Shown here: piece by piece, positions 15,101 through 27,690 of the stretch
Position numbering within the stretch: the stretch's first letter is position 1
Layout: each line of letters begins with the position of its first letter
Origin: Bugula neritina
Lineage: Eukaryota; Animalia; Bryozoa
Reading direction: 5' to 3'
Assembly: GCA_964035545.1 (NCBI GenBank)
Contig: OZ037765.1
Location: forward strand, 31,619,504 to 31,683,503
Length of the DNA: 64,000 nucleotides
Position numbers and translations under genes: made by a program
The notes under the pieces: model-generated
The model's database searches: none
What the model was told of the DNA's origin: nothing
Seen by the model: the letters and a program-made list of their open reading frames with translations, nothing else

Positions 15101-18100
15101 GTTATGTAGTTACTCATTGTTGCTATGCATACTACTGTTGCTATGTATACTATGGTTGCTATGTATACTACTGTTGCTATGCATACTACTGTTGCTATGC
15201 ATACTACTGTTGCTATGCATTCCATGGTTGCTATGCATATTATGGTTGCTATGCATATTATGGTTGCTATGTATACTACGGTTGCTATGTATACTACGGT
15301 TGCTATGCGTACTTCTGTTGCTATGCATACTACGGTTGCTATGTATACTATGGTTGCTAGGAGACCGATGAAGCTGTGCTGAGGACTCAGAAGAAACCGC
15401 TGAGTGAGTTGGAAGATGAAGAGAGTGGCTTGGCTACTGTAGAGTTCATTGTAAATGCTGCTTCCACCTGTCTAGAAAAGTATGTTAATATCTTATATAT
15501 AGAAAAGTATGTTAATATCTCAATAACCTCTGAGAATGTTAGGAATATTGGCTGAAGTCTGGTGTCCTAGCTAAAATATGTAAAACAGCAGTTAAAGTGA
15601 AACTAAAAATATTAATTTTATTAGCAGATTAAAGATTGCATAAAACAAACTTGTTTCTTAATGTTAGCCTCCGCTAGATTACTGAGTATTTGTAATTATA
15701 TTTCAACCAACTTATTTTTTTAAATTTTTGGTCAACACATTGACTAAGCCCAGTTTTTCAGCCCAGCTCAGTGGCTCAGTTTGTCAGCCCAGTCTATCAG
15801 ACCAGTCTGGTGGCCTACTCTGTTATGTCAGGAAGGTGTAGATGCTGTGTCACATGCTGACTACTATTATATTATATATCATATATCATATCTGGGTATG
15901 CAGGCACCAAGGAGTGGACTGGTCGTGTTCTCTCGTCAGACTCTTACAGCAGTTGATACACACACCTCACTGGTCTCCCATAATCAAACAGTATCTGGTA
16001 GACACCACGTCACAGCTAGTACAGGTATGTCCCAGCTAGTACGTCATAGCTAGTACAGGTATGTCCCAGCTAGTATGTCCCAGCTAGTATGTCCCAGCTA
16101 GTATGTCCCAGCTAGTATGTCCCAGCTAGTATGTCCCAGCTAGTATGTCCCAGCTAGTATGTCCCAGCTAGTATGTCCCAGCTAGTACAGGTATGTCCTA
16201 GCTAGTATGTCCCAGCTAGTATGTCCCAGCTAGTATGTCTCAGCTAGTATGTCCCAGCTAGTACATCCCAGCTAGTATGTCACAGCTAGTATGTCCCAGC
16301 TAGTACATGTATTGTATTCTTTGAACAGATAATCATTGTGTCATTTATGAATTACCTATGAATGCTTTTGAAGTAATCATGATTGTTCTGTAGGAAGTTA
16401 TTGTTCTAGTTTAAATATACCTGAGAAAATCAAGCTAGTGTGTAAAATAATACATATCCTTTTATGAACAACAATCAAAGCTTTACACTTCAAACTCAAG
16501 CCTACATAATATATACTTTGATAAAAAGTGTTTGAAAGTGGTAATTTGTTCTTGCGATTTTTTAACCTACTCTTTTCTGGGTATAAATGTCAGCCTCTTA
16601 AGTTATATGTATACACATTACACAATATATTTCTATTTAGCTGTTACATTCAGACTGTCAAGTGTTTGTGTATTATGATGGTATCGGTTGAAACCAGATA
16701 GTGATGAACTCTTTCGTTTATATTTTAGTCGATGTCCTTGGATCTGGTTTTGTGTCTTTTCACAATCTGCGGCTTCCCTCAGGTGTGTATTTACTTATAT
16801 CCTATTACAGTTTGTCACTATACACATCAATTGATCTGTTATAGAACTTATGTACATTACATTGATGTATATCCGATGTATATTCAGTGTTATTTGCCCA
16901 GAGGGCTAGTGTGGTAATGTAGTAGCTAAGTTTGCACTGCCTTGTGTGACAGCTTGATAAATTGTCAATAACAGAGTGTCTTCTACATTTTATGTTAGTG
17001 CTGACAGTTATGTAATTTGTTAGACTAACTGCGTAGTAGATCATCAGGTGTTGGCATCGGATGATTTGATCAGAATGTAAAGATTTGTGCCGAGTCTAGC
17101 GAGATGTTATACTTTTTGTGTTACCAGATAAAGTCACCCGGTGTAAATATAAAATACTTGGATGCAAGCCAAGAGTTGCGTAAGGCAGTTATTCTGAAAC
17201 ATTTCCCCGACAAGATGCAGTCTATGGTTGTGGATACAGCCAGTAGGAGAAAGAAAATGGTGAGTTGTTTTACTTCTACAACCATGTCTTATTTTCTCTG
17301 GCAGTTGGGAATTATCTTATCTCGGTCTTCACTCTACTTTCAATAGCTTTTTAAAGTGTCGATGTAGTTTTCGAGCGTATTTTTGAAATCTTTACATTTT
17401 AGGTTACTGGTCTAAATGTAACATTCCTGTCATTTTTAATATCGAAGTATTATTTATTTATTTCGCTGTGTTCTAAATATATCTGCTCTGCTATATTTTC
17501 AAATATTGGAGTTGTCTTTTTTGAAAATATTCATAAGATAGTGATTAAACAGGGCAGCTGTGACTATTATGTCAGGTGAAGATTTCATGGCTATAGTAAC
17601 AACTGATATTCTGTATAATAAACCATAACTGATACATAAGGTTGCAACTTTCATTTAAGTAATTAGCTTGTTGAGGGAGAGAGAATATTTTGGTGATTTG
17701 AAGCATACAGTTGAACATTTGAGCAATTGTAAAGTTTATATTAGTAAGGGTGGCTGGCTATTGATAGAAAATTATTCGTATGCCTGAACAAGTTTTAATT
17801 GGTTTAGTTATTCTACAGGAAGTGATGTTACATGTTGTATTAGACAGCTGACTTAGAGTGTAATGCTGACTTAGAGTGGAATGCTGACTTGACTTTGTTG
17901 TAGATAAAAGATCAGGTGATAGAGCACTGCTCAGTAACTGCCCAGCTGTATGATGACAATCTCTTATCTATTATTACTAAAATCATTATAGAAAACACAT
18001 CTAAACTAGTGAAAGGTAAGATTGTTAAGGCACAAAGTTTAAGCTGTCTAATGCATTAGTCGGCAAATTCTCACTCTGACCAAATATGAAAACTTAGTGA

Positions 18101-21100
18101 TCTACCATAGGGATCGTTTATTAGTATGATATAATATTTTTATATTATACTGTTGAAAAATAATAGTATGATATAATATTTTTATAATATTATAATATTG
18201 AAAATAACAGTATGATAATAATATATTGTAGTATAATATTATATTGTGATATTATTTTGTATTCATTATTTACTAAAACAGTAACTTTTAAACTGCAAAT
18301 TTTTAAAAATTGAAAATAGGAAAAAATCAAAACTATAAAAACTGTGAAACTGAAAACCTGAAATCAAATTTATTTCAGTTTCAAAAGATTCAACAACTGG
18401 ACTCAACAGTTTGCCTGCTTGATTATTGTAGTGTTCATTGTCACTGCAGTTAGATAGTGAACATAGCCTTATAGTCTCTCCTGAAACACACTAAATAGCC
18501 AAGAAGTACCACCGTAACACGTAGAATAGATGTTATGAGTTTTGAGTATGAAATGCTATGAAATACTATACATAGTTGATATTAGAATAAGCAAGTATTG
18601 TTATGATATTCAAGGCTCCCTCCTGGACATGGAGACCCACTGGGTACTCTCGCTATGTCTGAAGACACTGGACCAGTTTGTCTCCTCCCACGTGCCGTAT
18701 GAGAACCTGGATGTTATCAGGAGTTTAGTGAACCTTGCCGGCATGGGGACACGACTCAGCAAACTCTGGCTGTCAGCTGACCTGGAGGTGAATTATGGGG
18801 ATTGTACTGCTGTATCACCATGGTTACTACATGATGCTATCTGTTACTACATGATAATCTCTGTTATTATATGATAAGCGTATTTATTACTATATGATAA
18901 TGTATATTACTATATGATAATGTATATTACTATATGATAATGTATATTACTATATGATAATGTATATTACTAATGATGCTATTTGTTACTTCATACTATG
19001 TTATGATGGTATGTTTTACTATGTTTCTAAAACGTACTAAAAGTTTTATTTTATAGGATTATATCTATTATTATATTACTAGAGATTGCTATGAAATTTT
19101 GCTTAAAGGTCATTTATATAATGATGATACTATTGCTTTGCTTCAAAAATTTACTTTTTGTTGCTTAATTATGTTTGTATAGTAAACATAGCAACCATAG
19201 CAGCTTCTCACGAACACACCTCTTCTGTAACAACACGTTATCCTTACACAGGTGTTATCACTGATGCTGTACATCAAGTTAGGTGCCAACCCAGGTGCTG
19301 TGGGTGGCGGCTCTAGTATAACAACTCCCGTGAAATCAAGTAAACCCGCTGCCTCAGCTCAAACCGACGCTTTAGACCCATTTCCAGACATGGATGTCGA
19401 CTCCAGGAAACACTTCAAGGTGCGGCAGTCGGGTTTTTCTTGCTGCTTAACTATACTAGCTTGTAATAAACGTGTTTTCTGAGAAGTGTTGAAATACAGT
19501 TTAATTTTTTCAAATCAAGAAATTAATCAAGTGTTGCAAAAAATGATTGGCTATGTGAATATAAGTTGACCAATCAGCATGACTTTTAAATCTGTGTCAA
19601 TTTGAGAGTTTCCAACTGTAATAAGCTTTGCCGAGCAGCGTGTGGCAGGCAGGTAGAAGCTGTCGTATGCAAGTACAAGCACCTGTTAGACTGTGTGCTG
19701 CCGTATGCAAGTACAGACACCTGTTAGACTGTGTGCTGTCGTATGCAAGTACAAGCACCTGTTAGACTGTGTGCTGCCGTATGCAAGTACAGACACCTGT
19801 TAGACTGTGTGCTGCCGCATGCAAGTACAGACACCTGTTAGACTGTGTGCTGCCGTATGCAAGTACAAGCACCTGTTAGACTGTGTGCTGCCGTATGCAA
19901 GTACAAGCACCTGTTAGACTGTGCGCTGCTTGCAGGTGCTGCTGGAGATGCTGAACGTACCTGTGAGTCAGCTCAAACAGGTGTACAACGACCACCGGGA
20001 GAGTCCGTCTCTGCTACTGCAGGCCCTGCATGGACTGTGAGTAGAGATTGTGTGTACATAATAACTGTTGATTAAGATGTTACTGAGTCATGCTAAACAA
20101 ACTTATAGTAAGGTATATTTAAAGTTTCAAGTATTCAATAAAATAGTCAAATATTAGCTTTTAAAATTTTTCAACTCTGAAAAATATTTTTTATAAAAGC
20201 GGATTATTACTATTCCAGCTTTTGGCCTTCTCTTCATGTGACTATATTATATCTATACTGTGTTTGAAATTTATTTCCTCTGTAAATAAAAATTGTTTTT
20301 ATATTTTCAGTGTTTTAGAAGATACTCCTGAAAAATCAAAACATTCCCTGAAGTAAGTTCAAGAGATATGCAGTTAGTAGTTGTTTTCCCATGTGTGCAT
20401 TTGAAGGGGTATATAAGTGTGAAAGAGTATCACTATACGACAGTTGTTTTAGTGATGACATTTTCTAATATATTTTTGTCGTACTATGTCACACTCTGTC
20501 ATATCCTGTCATGCTCTGTCATCTCCTGTCACACTCTGCCATACTCTGACACACTCTGTCATATCCTGTCACACTCTGTCATCTCCTGTCATACTCTGAC
20601 ACACTCTGTCATTACTGTTTCTTAGAGGGAAGTCGGCGAGCACAACCAATGATAAGCAGGAAATCGGAGAAAGGATGATTGATTTCGGCATTCTCGCGAC
20701 CGCCATTACGAGCAGTAGTGATCTTGAAGAGTAAGTCTCAAGTATTAAATAGAAGTAATACAATTATTATGTATCTATACTTTGTACAAATACGCACACT
20801 CTTACTATGTCTCTCACTTACACTGTGTAGTACATACTATGTGATACACTTGCGCTGTGTAATGTATACTCACTATGTAATGTATAAACATTGTATAATA
20901 TATTATACTCGCTATGTAGAGTCTACACGCTGTGTAATTATATATACTCACTATGTAATGTATACGCACTCTATAACATATTATACTTACTATATCTCAG
21001 TCTCTGATACATAATATTTTGTATACTCACAGCATGGAGCCACTGGAAGCTGTAGAGGAAGAGAAAGTAGAAAACAACTCCAAGAAGAATCTACAGAGTT

Positions 21101-24100
21101 CTGGTTTCCCGATGACGGAGCAGAACGAGAAGAAGTCTTCTAGTGCCAAGCTGCTCAAGTCAGAGCTGAGTAATATGCTGCAGAAATCACCTTCCCACAT
21201 GCAGCTTAACAAAGTATGTTCGTCAGCTTGACGTCCTCTCTCTCAATACTATCTCTAGTGTGATGTCCTGGTGTTTTGCTATTATATGATTCATGTGTAA
21301 CATAGCTAGTAAATAGAAAGTCATTCCATATGTCATGTTTTATGAGTTGATCAGAGAATTGCAGTAAAATGATGTACTATTATGTATTGTTGGCTGTTAG
21401 GTGGTGTATCTGTGTTTATGACTGAAGTTCACTTTGTGTTGTCGTTTCAATGGTAGACTGCTCGGTTGTATTCTCTTACCAGAGTTTCTGCCCAAGTTTA
21501 GTTTATTATTTACCTGGTAAAATCTGATACTCACTGCATTACTTCGAAGTTATGGTTTTTTTTTCTATAGGTAAACCTAGGTCTTTCCATACTCTACGCC
21601 AGGCAAGCCTTAGGCACTATCCTCTCTAACTGGTCTATTAAGGGCCCTCGAATAACTGCTCAACTATTAAACTGTGAGGAACATAATTTAGTCTTAGTTC
21701 TCGATGTCCTCAACCGTGATAGTTCCAATTTAAAGCTGTTTGAGCAGGTAAGCATTTGGTGTACTATTCACAATAGAAAGTGGTGTGACTTAGCTCTATT
21801 CAGCTTTATGAGTAACTTGTAACATTATAAATAACTTGTAATACTATATATAACTTGTGATACTATAAATAACTTGTAATACTATATATAGCTTGTAATA
21901 CTATATATATCTTGTAATACTATAAATAACTTGTAATACTATATATAACTTGTGATACTATAAATAACTTGTAATACTATATATAGCTTGTAATACTATA
22001 TATATCTTGTAATACTATAAATAACTTGTAATACTATAAATAACTTGTAATACTATAAATAACTTGTAGTACTATAAATAACTTGTAATACTATAAATAA
22101 CTTGTGATACTATAAATAACTTGTAGTACTATAAATAACTTGTAATATTATAAATAACTTGTAATACTATAAATAACTTGTGATACTATAAATAACTCGT
22201 AATACTATAAATAACTTGTAGTACTATAAATAACTCGTGATACTATAAATAACTTGTGATACTGTAAATAACTTGTAAAACAACTTATGAAACTGGAATA
22301 ATTTATTACTTTATTGGTGGCATATTGGTAAATTAGAAAAACTACTTTAATAGCAAGTTAATAATAGTAGGTTCTGCATAGTCTATAAATAGCTGGTGTA
22401 GCTTGATACATGACTGATGTGTCTATTGTGACTATTTTATGTATTCTCTGCTGTGCTGTTTGTCGCAGGTTGTCTCTAAGGTAATGAGTTGCTGCAGTGA
22501 AGACTACCTGCAGTCAGTGGCCGAGGCTGCCTCTTACTTTATGGAGGAAAGAAAGTCAAAGCAGGTAGTGAGGGAATCTCCTCATCAGAAACACAAGAAA
22601 GTGAAAGGAGAGGTCAGCGTGGCTGGTGCTTCAGTCATACTCGTATCGTTTGACAAATGGTACGTTGGCCATTTTTGGGGGAGTGGCTTGTGAATGTGGG
22701 CGTGGTCTAATAAGCAAGGGCGTGGTCTAATGAGCAAGGGTGTGGTCTAATGAGCAAGGGCGTGGTCTAATAAGCATGGTCGTGGTCACATGCACGCGCA
22801 TTCCGTCTATGTTAGCTGAATGATGTCAAAAATTGATAGGAATAATCAACTAAATAAGTTTGTGAATAGACTTCACACTAATTTGTTTTCTGTTGTAATA
22901 ATGATATGTGTAATTTGGAGTTATCTGATACCTGTAATCATATAATGTAGTTGTAATACAAGCGTGGAGAGTAGCCTTGACATTGCTACTTCCCCCGACA
23001 TGAAATCTCACCACCACAGGTTCTGCGGGCCGAACTACAAGTGGCAAGACATCGAGCTGCCTGGAAACAAACTTTACTTCACATATCAACCAGCAGGTAA
23101 CTTTTTGATCTTCACATATCAACCAGCAGGTAACTCTCTTGTCTTCACATATCAACCAGCAGGTAGCTCTCTCATCACTTAGTATGTTCTGCACCAGGCC
23201 CTGTCAATATCACAGTTGTTGTATTATGCTTTAATCTTTGTTCTTGTTTTTAACAGTTCTTGAGTTTTTCAAAGGCATTGAGACAGTAACAAGTGTAGAG
23301 GAATAGACAGGGGTGGATATGGTAGGCTAGTCTTACAGTTTATACGCTCCTGTTGTAGGCTCCGGGTCCAACAGATGGAAGTTTACTGTAAATTCTGCTG
23401 CTAACAACTCACATGGTAGTTTCTTCACGGGTTTCGTTATTCTCAATCATATTCTTTCCACTCCGTCATACTGCAGGTCAGTAGTGCTTAGACACTATAA
23501 TATATCAGTGTAATATTATATCATATAGTAATATTGTTATATTACATCATATCGCAATGTAATATCATATTGCATCTCAGTATAATATATCATATCGCAG
23601 TGTAATATTATATCATTTATCAATGTAATATTATATTCTGTTATTATATTATGTTATTATATTATATAATATTATATTATGTTATTATGTAATATTATAT
23701 TTTGTAATATTATATTATGTAATACTATATTATGCAACTGTCTATCTTCTATGCAGGATCATTGATTCAGCCACGCTGTGGCGTAGACTGGTGGTTGTGG
23801 CCTGCAAGCAGAAGGGGCCTCAGAGACTCAAGGTCATACAACTCCTGCTTTACCTGCTCAAGTCCCACTCTAAAACGTAGGTTTCAATCTGTAGTGGTGT
23901 CTTGAAAATAATTAAATCCAACGATGATGTGCTTTATGTGCCTTTGGCATGGACACATGTATAATATTGTGTTATTCATAGAGAAAAGGTGAGAGTTGAA
24001 ATAAAATGTGAATTTTATAGAATTTTCAGCATAATGATGCACTTAGTTTATTATTGGTTATTGGCTGATTTTATGCATACAAGCCTATGGCCCCATTAAA

Positions 24101-25203
24101 CAATTATGTTAATGAATCAGTCCACCTGTGTTGTATTATCTCGTACGTATAACTTGATTTAGTGGGGGTGATGGTTGCGGCCCGACTGAGTTGAAGTTGG
24201 ACCTGCGCTATCTAGCTCCACTATGGAGGCTCTACTTCAACATGAGTGAAGATCACGGACCTGAACAGGCCTCTGACTTGCTCAGAGCTCTAACTGAACT
24301 GTTTGTAGAGGCTGAGACTATAGCCTTGGTAAGTGACAGTCAGTAGCTGTAGATCTCATTGTACTCTGTGTATAGGTTTATATGTATTATATTATATTGT
24401 GTCCATGTATGTATGAATGGCAGATGTGATGGTGGTTATGAATGTAGGTGCCGTGTATACATTAACACTTTTATTCCTTTACTTCTTACTCGATACGTCT
24501 TTTATTTATACACTTTTGTTTTGATTTCTCCTGGTGTAGCTCCTATGTACACTTTTCTCTAACTTATTTTTCTCACAAAGTTTTCCCTTTCGTGTATGGA
24601 TGTTATCCTGAAAAAATTTATGCATGTGTATAGCTAATATGGTGTAATATTGTATGTAAAATGATGAGCTATGCATTAGAGCAGTACAAAGTATCAATAA
24701 ACTTGACAGATTTTATTTGTGGGACATCCCAGTACTTGGTTTTAGTGTACAGTCTATATTTTTACATTTTACGTGATGAGTGTGAGTTTATCATACTGCA
24801 TGTCTGGGATTTTAATAAACTGGTTATTAGTGGAGTGCTGCGCAGGTGAAATCTGTCTAGTTTGATCGATATTTAATATTCTTCTAATACAGAGGTTACG
24901 GTACACGCGCGCACACACAGTCACACACACAGACAGTCACACACAGTCACACACACAGTCACACACACAGTCACACACACAGTCACACACACAGTCACAC
25001 CTACACGCAGTCGCATACATCAACTTGATGCTTGCATACTTGCTCTATTTCAGGAGTGGGGTGTTGATGGAGAATTCCTATCATGTATGATAGACCCGAA
25101 GCACCTTCTGAAGCCCTTCCAAGCTGGAGTGCGGAGGGTGTTGGCCTTAGCAACCGCTATCGGCCTTGACTCAGAACTTTCCGGTGAAACACGGAAAGAC
25201 TAG
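127..25203 (+). CDS. ZZEF1: ZZ-type zinc finger and EF-hand domain-containing protein 1-like, 3' portion (about 48 exons; 5' end lies upstream of the window)
   Basis: Phase-compatible GT-AG exons: 127-233, 693-773, 1276-1395, 1711-1873, 2131-2334, 2609-2759, 2854-2943, 3244-3338, 3511-3695, 3955-4025, 4234-4365, 4495-4753, 5065-5189, 5487-5618, 6183-6518, 6797-7045, 7618-7706, 7857-7981, 8179-8258, 8606-8660, 8946-9088, 9689-9880, 10343-10524, 11278-11408, 11638-11786, 12303-12499, 12903-13060, 13738-13965, 14216-14381, 14775-14868, 15361-15479, 15904-16024, 16729-16782, 17128-17259, 17904-18015, 18615-18787, 19252-19419, 19936-20036, 20311-20352, 20626-20730, 21033-21213, 21571-21747, 22469-22659, 22963-23096, 23359-23476, 23757-23876, 24163-24328, 25054-25203 (TAG). 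Architecture: CUB-like ESPHNY...KYDYLEF...FHSDQSNNEWGYKFTV, two tandem ZZ fingers, and C-terminal VACKQKGPQRLKVIQLLL and LRALTELF motifs, as I recall them for ZZEF1. Confidence 0.85.
1483..1660. repeat. Minisatellite, ~33 bp unit (tactactctatatatctacattctactctatgt)
   Basis: About 5 tandem copies ending ~50 bp before the acceptor at 1711. Confidence 0.85.
2950..3175. repeat. Minisatellite, 21-22 bp unit (cttctataatcttcttatgacc)
   Basis: About 10 copies starting a few bp after the donor at 2943. Confidence 0.9.
3707..3845. repeat. Minisatellite, 21 bp unit (gagtactctgtgtggagtata)
   Basis: About 6 copies starting ~12 bp after the donor at 3695. Confidence 0.9.
6183..6518 (+). CDS. ZZEF1: ZZEF1-like exon encoding the CUB-like domain
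   Basis: TWTEESPHNYANNQNITKTFNSPGAKYFVIEFDSRCHTERKYDYLEF...FLFHSDQSNNEWGYKFT; flanked by cag and gtgag. Confidence 0.9.
7167..7410. mobile_element. MITE with ~60 bp imperfect terminal inverted repeats and TTAA target duplication (Kolobok-like termini)
   Basis: Left agaatcctagacatttatgcag...atatatcttggctatcagcta; right end reverse-complements to ggaatctcctacacatttatgcag...atatatcttggctatcaacta; TTAA at 7163-7166 and 7411-7414. Confidence 0.7.
8266..8432. repeat. Minisatellite, ~19-20 bp unit (gactatgtatagttattgt)
   Basis: About 8 degenerate copies starting ~10 bp after the donor at 8258. Confidence 0.85.
9071..9409. repeat. Donor-spanning minisatellite, 25 bp unit (agtgacctactaaagagRgtaagtt) x13.5
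   Basis: Unit = last 18 exonic nt + GTAAGTT; 13 full copies counted. Confidence 0.95.
9890..10135. repeat. Minisatellite, 13 bp unit (tacttacactgtg)
   Basis: Many degenerate copies starting ~10 bp after the donor at 9880. Confidence 0.9.
11794..11950. repeat. Minisatellite, 40 bp unit x4 (cctctgacaggtggttgtttctatgctagcgtattgataa)
   Basis: Starts ~7 bp after the donor at 11786; each unit contains acag|gtggtt. Confidence 0.9.
12303..12499 (+). CDS. ZZEF1: ZZEF1-like exon encoding ZZ zinc finger 1
   Basis: IFCDGCTQTLPGKRYRCLQCTDMDLCVTCF...H...H matches the ZZ consensus. Confidence 0.9.
12903..13060 (+). CDS. ZZEF1: ZZEF1-like exon encoding ZZ zinc finger 2
   Basis: YKCDVCQAFISGERVHCKQCEDFDLCYGCH...GHNADH matches the ZZ consensus. 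Confidence 0.9.
15118..15360. repeat. Acceptor-abutting minisatellite, 18 bp unit (ctgttgctatgcatacta)
   Basis: About 13 copies; the last ends ggttgctAG, the acceptor of the exon at 15361. Confidence 0.93.
16010..16306. repeat. Donor-spanning minisatellite, 14 bp unit (cagctagtatgtcc) with 20 bp variants that retain acag|gtatgt
   Basis: Begins inside exon 15904-16024; full donor copies recur at 16058 and 16190. Confidence 0.93.
18870..18975. repeat. Minisatellite, 20 bp unit (tactatatgataatgtatat)
   Basis: 4-5 copies, with degenerate copies extending back toward the donor at 18787. Confidence 0.85.
19659..19930. repeat. Acceptor-abutting minisatellite, 38 bp unit x7 (ctgccgtatgcaagtacaagcacctgttagactgtgtg)
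   Basis: Ends directly at ctgcttgcag| of the exon at 19936. Confidence 0.93.
20485..20612. repeat. Minisatellite, 10 bp unit (acactctgtc)
   Basis: About 13 copies ending ~13 bp before the acceptor at 20626. Confidence 0.9.
21813..22280. repeat. Minisatellite, ~19-20 bp unit (ataacttgtaatactataa)
   Basis: More than 20 copies. Confidence 0.93.
22697..22790. repeat. Minisatellite, 20 bp unit (gggcgtggtctaatgagcaa)
   Basis: 4-5 copies starting ~38 bp after the donor at 22659. Confidence 0.88.
23077..23170. repeat. Donor-spanning triplication, 33 bp unit
   Basis: cttcacatatcaaccagcag|gta x3; donors after 23096, 23129 and 23162. Confidence 0.93.
24905..25010. repeat. (acacacacagtc)n repeat
   Basis: Tandem CA-rich units upstream of the last ZZEF1 exon. 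Confidence 0.85.
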
Positions 25204-26919
25204 TTAGACATGCAGTTTTATCTCTTTCATTTTACTATAATGTTTCTGATCCGAAACTCTAATAATTTATTGTAAGATTTCTGGGTTTATGAAATTGTTG
25301 CTAATGTGTATTGTGTGTGTTTTTTAATTTTATTTCACATTGATGTTTCAGTTAAATTTCAAAGGGTTCTCTTTTGTTAGCTTTAATTATGCTTCAATTT
25401 TATGGAAAGCATTGTACCTATTTCTGCTAACTGTCTAATTTTTTTAATTATTTTCATAGTAAAATGATATACAATACATATAATGTATTTATTATTATTT
25501 CCTGTACCACAATTACATATTGTTGTATGCTCCTCGATTTGTAATAATTATATAGAGTATATACATAAAGTGTATATTGAGTATATATGTACACAGAGTA
25601 TATACATAGAGTATATTAGACAAAAAGTAGATATATAGCGTGTGTTGTAGGTAGTCATGGTGTACTACTAGATTGAGCTCAATATCAAGTAGGGCCTACT
25701 ATAAAATGACAGATAAAGTGCTGCTAAATTAAAATATGGAACTGCAAAATTTTAAAATATGGAACTATGGTAACATGCTATTGGAAATTAAAATGAATGA
25801 GTCAACGCTTTCTGGTGCCACGGGGCACTGAAAGGAAAAGTTTCCTCGATACTCCACACTTTTTAAGTGTGGAGTATCGTGGAATAGTATGTCTGGTGTT
25901 CAGTAATACATGTGTGGGTCCTAATATCATAATATATTTCTTCAACAGGCGTATAGCTGACGGTGTGTTAGAAATTTAGTGAATGGCTTTTAGTTATTAA
26001 CTTATATTGTCTTTTTACGCTCCAGATATGTTTACTTGACTTAATTAACAAAGTTTCTCTTGATGTCTCTGAACAGCTGGCCGTGTAATTGTCTATATCT
26101 TGTTCTCCATTAGGTCTACATACATGCATTTCCACTTAATTGCTGGAATGAGCTGCAGTCTGGTAGACTATTGATTTGATCTACACATTCCATTTAATGG
26201 GCAGTTACATTAACTTTGTGTGGGTTCGCTTGGTTGTAGTGAGTTATTATTATGGGTACTGGTGATGAATTTATAATTTTTCATACAGCTTTAGCTTATT
26301 TTTAATGTCATTCTGTTGAATATATTTTTATTCAACCCATTACCACCAAAGTAATGAGTTGGTAACTACTGTATAAGTATAGTGGTAATCAAAGATAAAT
26401 GCAATTAATGTAGTTCTCATTTTTCAGTACGTAGTACATCAAAGTGCCATCTATAATTGCCAAGTGTGCTTTTAGTATCGTGAATAGAGTCAAAATGCAC
26501 AATGCTTAATACACTACAGGGATTTTTAACTTTACTGGAAAAATTCAACGCACTTTGGAGATCACCTAAAAAATTAAGTCCAATATTTTACGCTTGGTCT
26601 TTTAAACATGTAAACAAACTTCTGGTAATTTTGCTCACAATAGATATATGATCCAAATTTCATTTGAAATTTTATTTGGTATGTTGAACACATTTATTGT
26701 AACTGCTACAATGCATAAATACCAGGAATTACATACAATTAGAAGTTGTCTTCCGTCTATCCACCAAATTCTTTTCAGAAATATTCTTGGCTTTGAAAAA
26801 GCAAACGCACACAAAATGTATTAGAATAATAAGTTTGATTAAATATTTACAGGTTGCGACAAATACACTGTTATTCTACTCAACATGCTGAATTCACTTT
26901 AAAAATATAATGAAATAAA

Positions 26920-27690
26920 AACTATTAATATTATTTGTTACTAATAGTAATACTAAATAATTTATAATTGACTTAAAGTTGAAGTGTAAGTTAAACTTAA
27001 TGACACTAATCATGAGTTATAACTGTAATGACTTAACCAGATTATGAGTAAATTTAATGATTAATCATTAATGAGTATGAGTATGACTTAGACTAAGACT
27101 AAGACTAAGAGTATTACTATTACTATTAGTATTAGTAAGACTAAAAGTAAGAGTAAGTTAAATCATAATCACAGTGACTATCACTATCAGTATCCCTATG
27201 ACTATGAGTATGAGTAATGGAGTAATACTAATAACTATAAGTTATAGTAATAGTTATAGTAATACACATACACTTGCAGTAATACTATTAGTATTACTAA
27301 TAGTAATAGTTATGCTTATAACTATAAGTATAAGTTATAGTATATTAGTTATTACTATAAGTATAACTATAAGTATAAGTAGTTTAAGTATATAATTATA
27401 ATAAGTATATACCTGTAGGCTATAGTATAAGCGGTAACGATAGTATAGGTACTACTACTACTGTACTACTACTAGTATGACTATGTTTTTATGCTATGCG
27501 ATTACTATGCCTATGGACATACTCATAGTATTAGTATTAGTATTAGTACTAGTAATATATTAGTATTACTACTACAACTCATATTGATATTTATAATTAT
27601 ATTAAGTTTAACTAATAGAGTAATTACTAAAAATTTATAATAATAGTTATCTAAAGGAATGAGTAATCATTATGATTATGATTATTAACA
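26920..27690. repeat. Intergenic low-complexity (agt/act/tag) region with partial fold-back symmetry
   Basis: agttaaacttaat (~26989) versus attaagtttaact (27601); gagtatg versus catactc. Confidence 0.5.

Noticed and set aside
15025-15382. Cys/Tyr-rich and other periodic ORFs in several frames
   Set aside because: Translation artefacts of an 18-bp intronic minisatellite; the in-frame one ends at the acceptor TAG.
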